Shown here piece after piece: positions 27,855 through 36,124 of a DNA stretch of 64,000 nt (positions within the stretch are counted from its first letter, which is position 1; every line of letters begins with the position of its first letter). Below the pieces are notes generated by a model. That model saw only the letters and a list, made by a program, of their open reading frames with translations, had not been told where the DNA came from and did no database searches. Where the stretch lies: assembly GCA_965206365.1 (NCBI GenBank), contig CBDBJL010000008.1, positions 268-64,267 on the forward strand. The letters run 5' to 3'. Made by a program: the position numbers and the translations under genes. The stretch is from Alphaproteobacteria bacterium. GTDB lineage: Bacteria > Pseudomonadota > Alphaproteobacteria > JABAAW01 > JAHZMA01.

Positions 27855-29231
27855 ATGAATAAAGAATTTTTTACCGCACCCCGAAAAAAATACTTTGGCA
27901 CCGATGGTATGCGTGGTACTGCCAATAAGGCCCCTATCACTCCCGATTTAATCATGAAACTTGCCGTGGTAACCGCACATTATTTTAAGAGTCAAGGCAA
28001 AATAACCACCAATCGAGTTATTATTGGCAAAGATACACGCCTTTCTGGCTATATGCTAGAACCTGCCCTCACCTCAGGCTTTATATCGATGGGTTTTGAT
28101 GTTTTGTTGTTGGGCCCTGTGCCCACACCTGGCGTTTCCATGCTCACCCGTTCTTTGCGCGCGGATATTGGCGTTATGTTATCCGCATCCCATAATCCTT
28201 TCCAAGATAATGGTGTTAAGCTTTTTGATTCCCGAGGGTTGAAATTAAATGATACTGCTGAACTAGCAATAGAAAGCCACATGGAAGATCCAATTCCTCT
28301 TGCCAATGCCACAATGCTAGGGCGGGCAAAACGCTTAGAAGATGTTCCTGGACGCTATATTGAATTTTTAAAAGCCCAATTTCCGAAAGGGATGCGTTTG
28401 GATAATATCCGAATTGTGGTGGATTCTGCTCATGGTGCAGCTTATAAAATTGCCCCCGAGATTTTTTGGGAATTAGGTTGCGACGTTATCTCGACAGGAA
28501 TTTCCCCTAATGGTAGAAATATTAATGATCAATGCGGAGCCACCCACCCTGAACATGTCAGTGCAATGGTTCAAGAACATAAAGCTGATTTAGGAATTGC
28601 CCTGGATGGCGATGCTGATCGAATTCAAATGATCGATAAAAATGGTAAACTTTATTCTGGCGAACATCTTCTGGCAATTTTAGCCAGCTTTTGGTGCAAA
28701 AATAACCGTTTGTCGGGGCATGCACTTGTTTCTACGATTATGGCAAATTTAGGCTTTGAAAAATATCTTGCATCCATGAATTTAGGGTTATGGCGCACGC
28801 AAGTTGGGGATCGCTACGTTGCTGAAAAAATGACTATCGAGGGTTGTAATTTAGGGGGCGAGCCTTCCGGGCATCTTATTATGAACGATTTTACCAGCAC
28901 TGGTGACGGTGTTATGAGTGCCCTGCAAATTTTAGCCTGCCTCCGGGAATTTGGAAGAAATTTAGAGGATTATGCGCAACTCTATGAAAACACCCCTAGC
29001 TATAACCGCAATTTAAACTTTGCCACATTCCCGAAAAACCCTCTTTTCTTAACCGATGTTATCGCGCAGATTAATTCTCAAAATCAAAGACTTACCACCA
29101 AAGATGCTCGCCTTATTGTTCGAACATCGGGCACAGAACCCTTGATTCGGATCACTGCCGAAGGTGATGACAAAACTTTAATCCATGATTGCGTCGATAC
29201 CCTTTATTCCTTCATCCAAAAATCAAAATAA
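27855..29231 (+). CDS. glmM: Phosphoglucosamine mutase
   Basis: YFGTDGMRG, the active-site motif SASHNP, and DGDADR. Confidence 0.9.
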   Translation: MNKEFFTAPRKKYFGTDGMRGTANKAPITPDLIMKLAVVTAHYFKSQGKITTNRVIIGKDTRLSGYMLEPALTSGFISMGFDVLLLGPVPTPGVSMLTRSLRADIGVMLSASHNPFQDNGVKLFDSRGLKLNDTAELAIESHMEDPIPLANATMLGRAKRLEDVPGRYIEFLKAQFPKGMRLDNIRIVVDSAHGAAYKIAPEIFWELGCDVISTGISPNGRNINDQCGATHPEHVSAMVQEHKADLGIALDGDADRIQMIDKNGKLYSGEHLLAILASFWCKNNRLSGHALVSTIMANLGFEKYLASMNLGLWRTQVGDRYVAEKMTIEGCNLGGEPSGHLIMNDFTSTGDGVMSALQILACLREFGRNLEDYAQLYENTPSYNRNLNFATFPKNPLFLTDVIAQINSQNQRLTTKDARLIVRTSGTEPLIRITAEGDDKTLIHDCVDTLYSFIQKSK

Positions 29232-29244
29232 TGATCATTCTTCG

Positions 29245-30204
29245 ATGACCGTTACCTTATTCCCACTAAATCATACCGAATCTCTGCCCGAAAAGTATCG
29301 TGGGGGTACAGTAATTATTGGCAATTTTGATGGCATTCATCGCGGACATGCCGGCGTGATTGCCTTGGCAAAAAATTGCCCCCATCCCCATTTGTTGCTT
29401 AGCTTCAGCCCCCACCCTATTGTATTTTTTCAACCCCAAAATACTCATTACCAACTTTCCAACGCCTGGCAGAAAACCTATTGGCTAGAATCTTTGGGAA
29501 TTGATGCTTTAATTGAACTTAAATTTGAACAAGCTTTAGCGGAAACATCAGCGGATGATTTTATTACCAAAATTTTAATACAAAATTTAGCTGCCCATAC
29601 TGTGATTACTGGCGATGATTTTCATTTTGGCAAAAACCGCACGGGCAATGCCGAAACCTTAAGGAAATATGCCAAAAAGCAAGCCTTCCACTATATTGAA
29701 GCCCAAGCTCAAAACAATCAACAAGGGGTTCGTTTTAGCTCTAGCGCAGTGCGTCAAGCCCTGAAACAAGGGAAAATGAAAGTAGCAAACCATATTTTAG
29801 GACGCCCTTATCAAATTAGTGGCATGGTGATTGCAGGTGAAAAAATAGGGCGCACTCTAGGCTTTCCTACTGCTAATATTAACCCAGGCATATATTTTCC
29901 GCCACCCTATGGCGTTTATGCCATCAGTGCAAAGCATCCCGACACTGGAAAAATTTTGCCCGGAGTTGCCAATTTTGGCACACGCCCTGTACTCGGTGGC
30001 AAAAAACCTATGCTAGAGAGCTATTTTTTTGATTTCCATGACGATCTTTACCGTAAATATATGGCAATTAATTTATGGTATTTCTTGCGCGCTGAAGTAA
30101 ATTTTGCCACATTAGATTTACTAAAAATTCAAATTGCCAAAGATTGCCTCCAAGCGAAGCAAGCTTTAGCCGATCAAGATTTTACGAATCATTTTGGAAT
30201 CTAA
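29245..30204 (+). CDS. ribF: Bifunctional riboflavin kinase / FMN adenylyltransferase
   Basis: GNFDGIHRGH, GDDFHFGKNRTGN, LGFPTANI and ESYFFDFHDDLY. Confidence 0.9.
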   Translation: MTVTLFPLNHTESLPEKYRGGTVIIGNFDGIHRGHAGVIALAKNCPHPHLLLSFSPHPIVFFQPQNTHYQLSNAWQKTYWLESLGIDALIELKFEQALAETSADDFITKILIQNLAAHTVITGDDFHFGKNRTGNAETLRKYAKKQAFHYIEAQAQNNQQGVRFSSSAVRQALKQGKMKVANHILGRPYQISGMVIAGEKIGRTLGFPTANINPGIYFPPPYGVYAISAKHPDTGKILPGVANFGTRPVLGGKKPMLESYFFDFHDDLYRKYMAINLWYFLRAEVNFATLDLLKIQIAKDCLQAKQALADQDFTNHFGI

Positions 30205-30207
30205 TTT

Positions 30208-31011
30208 ATGAAAATTACAATTGCTGGTGCCGTAGGGCGCATGGGACAAGAGCTATTAAAGCTCATCCATAACCACCCTGATCCTAACGTAAGCCTGTAT
30301 GGGGCGACCGTTGCGAATGATGACCCCCATATCGGGCTGGATAGCTCAACCATTCATGGTGGCAAAGAAACCGGAATTCTATTATCCAACGACCCAATTC
30401 GCATTATTATGCACAGCGATGTTGTGATTGATTTCACCCAGCCTAAAGCGGCCCTCGAAAATGCCCAACTTTGCGCAAGTGCCAATGTTGCCTATATTTG
30501 TGGCACCACAGGATTTACTGCGAAACAAGACCAATTATTACAACATTGCTACACTCATATCCCGGTTTTGCGCGCCGCTAATTTCTCACTTGGGATCAAT
30601 CTTATGCTTTCTTTAGCGCGCCAAGCGGCAGCAAAATTGCCTGAGCTTTATGATATTGAAATTTTAGAAATGCATCATAATCAAAAAGTTGATGCCCCCT
30701 CTGGAACCGCACTTGCTTTAGGGGAAGCTTGTGCCAATGGGCGTGGAATTTTGCATGATAGCGCAAAAACTCCGCCTTATTATGGAATTGGGACCCCACG
30801 AGAAACTGGAAAAATTGGTTATGCCACTTTGCGTGGTGGCACAATTGCCGGTGAGCATCAAGTTATTTTTGCCGGTATCGATGAAAGGCTAATTCTTGAA
30901 CATCGAGCCAGTTCACGCACGATTTTTGCCCAAGGCGCATTGCATGGGGCTTTATGGTTATATCAAAAACCTGCAGGACTGTATTCTATGGCAGATCTGC
31001 TTGAAGTTTAG
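30208..31011 (+). CDS. dapB: 4-hydroxy-tetrahydrodipicolinate reductase
   Basis: MKITIAGAVGRMG, ANFSLGINL and EMHHNQKVDAPSGTA. Confidence 0.9.
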   Translation: MKITIAGAVGRMGQELLKLIHNHPDPNVSLYGATVANDDPHIGLDSSTIHGGKETGILLSNDPIRIIMHSDVVIDFTQPKAALENAQLCASANVAYICGTTGFTAKQDQLLQHCYTHIPVLRAANFSLGINLMLSLARQAAAKLPELYDIEILEMHHNQKVDAPSGTALALGEACANGRGILHDSAKTPPYYGIGTPRETGKIGYATLRGGTIAGEHQVIFAGIDERLILEHRASSRTIFAQGALHGALWLYQKPAGLYSMADLLEV

Positions 31012-31042
31012 CATTTGATAATAAATTTTAGGAGTAAAATCT

Positions 31043-32464
31043 ATGGGTGAGCATTTTTTTACAGAGTTAGACCGCGATCTGATTCACAATCAATTAGGTG
31101 ATATTTTGCAAGGAAGCCATGGTGGCGAACTTTTCTTAGAACATTTAACAAGCGAAACTTTATTACTTTCTGATCATATTATCAAGAATGCTAGCTACGA
31201 TATTTCTTCAGGCTTTGGTTTAAGAAGCGTGCACACAGATGCAGCATCTTATGTGTTTTCTTGCGATGTAACAACGCAACAACTCAAAGAAGCCGGCAAG
31301 ATTGTCCGCAATATTATTCCTAAAAATACGCCAATCCAAATTCCAAACAAACAGGCTCCTAAACAAGCTCCTAAACCTTATTATCAAAATCGTTCACCCT
31401 TAATTGAATCTGATTTTGCAGAGAAAACTCAACTATTAGCCCAGCTCGATCATTATGCCCGTAGTCAAGATCATCGAGTACGGCAAGTTACGATCAGCAT
31501 CAGCACTCAATATCAATATGTTGAAATCATTCAACCTGATGCGCCTATTATGATTGATCAACGCCCTTTAACGCGCTTAAATGTTAGCATCATTGTTGAG
31601 GTTGATGGTCGCATGGAACAAGGAAGCTATGGCTTTGGCGGGCGCAATAAATTGCATGATTATCTCACCACAACTACATGCGAGTTTGCTTGCGATGAAG
31701 CTTTACGCCAAGCCTTGGTTAACTTAAAAGCGATGCCAGCCCCCTCTGGCGAATTGCCTGTAGTGTTAGGAGCTGGCTGGCCAGGAGTTTTATTGCATGA
31801 GGCCGTTGGCCATGGGCTGGAAGGCGATTTTAACCGGAAAAAAACCTCATTATTTTCTGGAAAAATGGGGAAAAAAGTTGCTGCCAAGGGGGTTACTGTC
31901 ATCGATGATGGCAGCCTTGAAGGTCGACGCGGTTCGATATATATCGATGATGAAGGCACTTTTGGTGCCCGCAATATTCTCATTGAAGATGGGGTACTCA
32001 CTGGCTATATGCAAGATAAAATGAATGCTCGGCTGATGAGCATGCAACCCACAGGCAATGGCAGACGTGAATCTTTTCAACATTTGCCCATGCCACGCAT
32101 GACAAATACTTTCATGGCAAACGGCAATCACAACCAACAAGAAATGATTGAATCAATTCAGCAAGGTATTTTTGCGGTTAATTTTGGGGGTGGGCAAGTA
32201 GATATTACCTCAGGGCAATTTGTATTTAGTTGCACCGAAGCCTATAAAATTGAAAATGGCAAAGTAACAACACCGATTAAAGGCGCAACTTTAATCGGCA
32301 ATGGCATTGATGTGATGAATAAGATCTCAATGATTGGCAATGATCTACAACTTGATACCGGTATTGGCATGTGTGGCAAGAATGCCCAAAGCGTTCCTGT
32401 CGGTGTCGGGCAACCTTCGCTTAAAATTAATAGCCTTGCCATCGGTGGCACAGAATTTGCGTAA
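31043..32464 (+). CDS. tldD: TldD-family metalloprotease
   Basis: LLHEAVGHGLEGD, GNGRRESFQHLPMPRMTNTF, and a C-terminal Gly-rich region. Confidence 0.85.
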   Translation: MGEHFFTELDRDLIHNQLGDILQGSHGGELFLEHLTSETLLLSDHIIKNASYDISSGFGLRSVHTDAASYVFSCDVTTQQLKEAGKIVRNIIPKNTPIQIPNKQAPKQAPKPYYQNRSPLIESDFAEKTQLLAQLDHYARSQDHRVRQVTISISTQYQYVEIIQPDAPIMIDQRPLTRLNVSIIVEVDGRMEQGSYGFGGRNKLHDYLTTTTCEFACDEALRQALVNLKAMPAPSGELPVVLGAGWPGVLLHEAVGHGLEGDFNRKKTSLFSGKMGKKVAAKGVTVIDDGSLEGRRGSIYIDDEGTFGARNILIEDGVLTGYMQDKMNARLMSMQPTGNGRRESFQHLPMPRMTNTFMANGNHNQQEMIESIQQGIFAVNFGGGQVDITSGQFVFSCTEAYKIENGKVTTPIKGATLIGNGIDVMNKISMIGNDLQLDTGIGMCGKNAQSVPVGVGQPSLKINSLAIGGTEFA

Positions 32465-32720
32465 TCAATGCAAAATTTTCTCGACAAAACGATAAAAATA
32501 GGTCTATCTAGTATGGTGATGGTGGCGATAGCAATTATTAACTTGAATTTTTATTTTCTTTCAATATAAGTTTGCTTGGATAGATTTAAATACTTGCATA
32601 AATCATTATAAATCTGCATAAGTAATCATGAATATACATCAATGGTGAAGAACTATTATTTTTATAATGATAAATATGCAAAGCTATACTATTAAAATTT
32701 CCAACAAGATGGAGTAATTT

Positions 32721-34520
32721 ATGCGTTTAATTTTAACAATTTTTTTGGTTTTAATGTCGTTATCGATGAGTATTGTCCTCGGCATTGTGAGTTTGGCTTA
32801 CGCCCAAGAAGAAACACAATCAATATCTTCTGTGGCTCAGGAACAAAAATTTATAACTGCGGCACGCAATGGTAATTTACAAGAAATTACTGAGCTAATC
32901 GCATCTGGCATTAAAGTTAATGTAACCGATGTTAATACTGGGCGTAATGCTTTGCATGAAGCGGCTAGCCGTGCGCATCTTGGTGTTATTGAAGTTTTAC
33001 TTGCAAATGACCGAGAAATTATTGACCAGCAAGATGAGAGTGGCTATACCGCACTTCATATTGCCGTTGATAAAAGGCATCTAAGCGTGGTGACCTCGCT
33101 TGTTGATAAAGGGGCAGATATTAACATTGCTCTGGCAAATGGAGAAAGTCCGTTACATACCGCATTACGCAAAAATTACATCCCAATCGTTCGTTACCTT
33201 ATGGGCAAAAATGCAGTAATTTCTGTAGATAATAAAGGCCTAACACCGCTTCATTATGCAGTTTCGGGTGGCTATATTGATATTGCTGAACAAATTTTGG
33301 CTTTAGAAGCAGAGATTGAACTCCCAGATCAACTTGGCAACACTCCTTTGCACTATGCAGCCATGTCGGGTCAACTGGATATGACTGCCTTTTTACTCCT
33401 AAAAGGTGCTGATCCCTATGTACGCAATGGAAAACAACAAACCCCTTCAATCCTTGCTAGTGGCAATGGCCATCCCCGCGTTCTCTCACTCATCCGTATT
33501 TATCAAAACGACCCCTCTTTGGCAAAAGTGGTGTTTCGCAGTAATGTCACCCCTGATTTTAGTGGCTGGCGTGATAGCTTGCCTGCGCGTATTGCCGATG
33601 GTGCTAACCAAAATGCCCTCCCTCAATTGCAAGATATGGTGACACAAATTTCAGAACGTTATTTAAGCTTAGTTGATATTACAATTCCCAGACTTATTGA
33701 ACGCCCTCAGCTTCCAGCACCTTTAGATGTTCGCCAAACTTTGTTTGAATCAGATTATGAATTTGATTTCAGGGTGAATAACGAGGTCGGAGAATATAGA
33801 AATATTTTCTATCGTCTCCAACAAACCTTTGGACAAGATGTTAACAGCCGTAACGCACGAATATCTTCATTACGCGAACGCGTAGCGTTACGCCGTAGTA
33901 ATCTTGATAAAATGTTGCCACTTTTCAAACGCGATGCCCTATACGAGATTATGCGTAGTTTTCGCCTTGAAGATCCTTTATTTAATGCCAGAACCGGTGA
34001 GCTTTCATTCTTATTAACGGCAACGGGTGCTGTTTATCAACAAAGAATTGCAATTCAGCCCCATGATGCTGATATTGTCGAAAAACTTTATACAGCACCG
34101 CAAAATGCCGATGTATCAGTAACCTTAATTATTGAGGCTGATTATATTGTTTTGGGTGATGTTTACATTGAATATGATGAAGAAATAATTTTTAAAGCCG
34201 AACTTGTAACCATTGATGCAGATGGCAATACCATCAGCCGTGGCAGTGCGTTAACAATTAATGGCGATGCTATTGGTAACAAAGTAGAACAAGCTTTAAC
34301 GCTTGATTCTGTGTTTCAACAACAAGATCCAGATCTTGTAGTAAACGCAACAATTGCCAATGTTCGCTACTCTGATAATCGTGGTGTTCCTATTATTTAC
34401 AACGATAACGTCGCTGAAGTTTTAAATGAATTATCCGATGATGATGTTGATGCCCGGTTAGATAATGATGAAGAATCTGATATTCTTACCGATGATATCG
34501 TTGCATCTTCAGAACTTTAA
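32721..34520 (+). CDS. Secreted ankyrin-repeat protein with an uncharacterised ~350-aa C-terminal region and acidic tail
   Basis: Signal peptide MRLILTIFLVLMSLSMSIVLGIVSLAYAQE. About 6 ANK units (NALHEAASRAH, TALHIAVDKRH, SPLHTALRKNY, TPLHYAVSGGY, TPLHYAAMSGQ). The remainder has no motif I recognise and ends DDDVDARLDNDEESDILTDD. Confidence 0.7.
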   Translation: MRLILTIFLVLMSLSMSIVLGIVSLAYAQEETQSISSVAQEQKFITAARNGNLQEITELIASGIKVNVTDVNTGRNALHEAASRAHLGVIEVLLANDREIIDQQDESGYTALHIAVDKRHLSVVTSLVDKGADINIALANGESPLHTALRKNYIPIVRYLMGKNAVISVDNKGLTPLHYAVSGGYIDIAEQILALEAEIELPDQLGNTPLHYAAMSGQLDMTAFLLLKGADPYVRNGKQQTPSILASGNGHPRVLSLIRIYQNDPSLAKVVFRSNVTPDFSGWRDSLPARIADGANQNALPQLQDMVTQISERYLSLVDITIPRLIERPQLPAPLDVRQTLFESDYEFDFRVNNEVGEYRNIFYRLQQTFGQDVNSRNARISSLRERVALRRSNLDKMLPLFKRDALYEIMRSFRLEDPLFNARTGELSFLLTATGAVYQQRIAIQPHDADIVEKLYTAPQNADVSVTLIIEADYIVLGDVYIEYDEEIIFKAELVTIDADGNTISRGSALTINGDAIGNKVEQALTLDSVFQQQDPDLVVNATIANVRYSDNRGVPIIYNDNVAEVLNELSDDDVDARLDNDEESDILTDDIVASSEL

Positions 34521-34613
34521 GAAAATATCCAGCGCAAAAAACGTCTTGTTCTCATTTTAAGATTTTATGAGCTGAAACAATCGTTCGCTGACTAACATAT
34601 TCTTAACAATATG

Positions 34614-35072
34614 CTATTTTGTTGCTTCTTGATAGGCGCGGGAAATAAAGGCATCTGCCATATGTTTGCTCATTTGCTTCATCATCAACTTTACCATCTG
34701 GTTATAAAGCGCAGATTTCATCGTAAAATTAATACAGAGCTGGATATCTGTTTGATTTGCGGCCAAAACGGTTAATTGCCAATAAGAATCGAGCTGTTTA
34801 ATCACCTGATTACCATGTATTTTCTCAGCCAAACACCCCCGCATCTCCACGCGCCCAATATCAGGCATAATGGAAACTTCTGAGGTGAATTTTTCTCGTA
34901 AATGTTGAAACCCAATTAACAATTCTACCACAATATGATGCTCACTTGTCTGCTTAGTAATACGGCTACCGTAACACCATGGCAAAAAATATTGATAATT
35001 TTCTACATCCGAAATAACTGAAAATATTTTTTCCTGAGGCAAAGATATTTGCTGGTGATCGTGATATTCCAT
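34614..35072 (-). CDS. SRPBCC-fold protein, RatA/Coq10-like
   Basis: FSVISDVENYQYFLPWC, LLIGFQHLREKFTSEV and YWQL. It sits next to lipA, as is common in Alphaproteobacteria. Confidence 0.65.
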   Translation of the reverse strand: MEYHDHQQISLPQEKIFSVISDVENYQYFLPWCYGSRITKQTSEHHIVVELLIGFQHLREKFTSEVSIMPDIGRVEMRGCLAEKIHGNQVIKQLDSYWQLTVLAANQTDIQLCINFTMKSALYNQMVKLMMKQMSKHMADAFISRAYQEATK

Positions 35073-35122
35073 CCATAAACCTAAAAAATCTAACGCACTC
35101 TATGCAAGCATACTCGCATTTC

Positions 35123-36118
35123 CTATATTTTTGCCATATTTTGCCGTGCCCGTTGCAATTTTTTAAAATCATCACCAGCATGATGCGAAGAACGAGTTAA
35201 AGGCGAGCATGAAGCCATCACAAATCCCTTGGCATAGGCAATGGCTTCTAATTCGGTAAATTCATCAGGGGGCACAAACCGCATTAAGGGGGCATGTTTT
35301 GGCGTGGGTTGCAGATATTGTCCAATTGTAATAAAATCCACATTTGCCGCCCGTAGATCATCCATAAGTTGAGTAATTTCAGAAAATTTCTCACCCAAAC
35401 CTACCATAATCCCTGATTTTGTAAATGTACCGGGATATAATCGCTTTACCCTATGCAAAAGTTCAAGCGAAGTAAAATAACGCGCCCCGGGACGAATGGT
35501 TGGGTAAAGACTAGGAACAGTCTCTAAATTATGATTAAACACATCTGGTAGGCTTGCCGCCACTTTCTCAATTGCCCCTATTTTATCACGAAAATCTGGT
35601 GTTAAGATTTCTATTGTTGTCTCTGGACATTTTTCCCGAATCGCTGTAACAACGGCAACAAAAGCTTCAGCCCCCCCATCTTGTAAATCATCACGATCTA
35701 CCGATGTAATCACCGCATGGGTTAAACCCATCTGCGCAATCGATTCTGCAACACGAAACGCCTCAAAAATATCAGGGGGTAACGGTTTTCCCGTTGCCAC
35801 ATTACAAAATGCACAAGCGCGCGTACAAATAGTGCCTAAAATCATAAAAGTAGCATGCCGTTTCGCCCAACATTCGCCAATATTTGGACACGCCGCCTCC
35901 TGACAAACCGTTACCAAATTATTCTTTGTAACAATCTCTTGAGTTTCAAAATATACCGGATGATTTCCTGCTTTTACCCGAATCCAATCGGGCTTGCGTC
36001 CGGAAAAATGATCAGGATTTTTCTGTTTTTCCGGATGGCGCAACGCCCCCGCTCTTACTACAGATTGTTTGTTCATCATCATAGCAGTATAACCCCAAGG
36101 TTTTCCCTTGTCATGCAA
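35123..36118 (-). CDS. lipA: Lipoyl synthase
   Basis: [13 protein letters not shown] and the radical-SAM motif [10 protein letters not shown]. The start may be a few codons downstream of 36118. Confidence 0.9.
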   Translation of the reverse strand: MHDKGKPWGYTAMMMNKQSVVRAGALRHPEKQKNPDHFSGRKPDWIRVKAGNHPVYFETQEIVTKNNLVTVCQEAACPNIGECWAKRHATFMILGTICTRACAFCNVATGKPLPPDIFEAFRVAESIAQMGLTHAVITSVDRDDLQDGGAEAFVAVVTAIREKCPETTIEILTPDFRDKIGAIEKVAASLPDVFNHNLETVPSLYPTIRPGARYFTSLELLHRVKRLYPGTFTKSGIMVGLGEKFSEITQLMDDLRAANVDFITIGQYLQPTPKHAPLMRFVPPDEFTELEAIAYAKGFVMASCSPLTRSSHHAGDDFKKLQRARQNMAKI

Positions 36119-36124
36119 AAAAGC

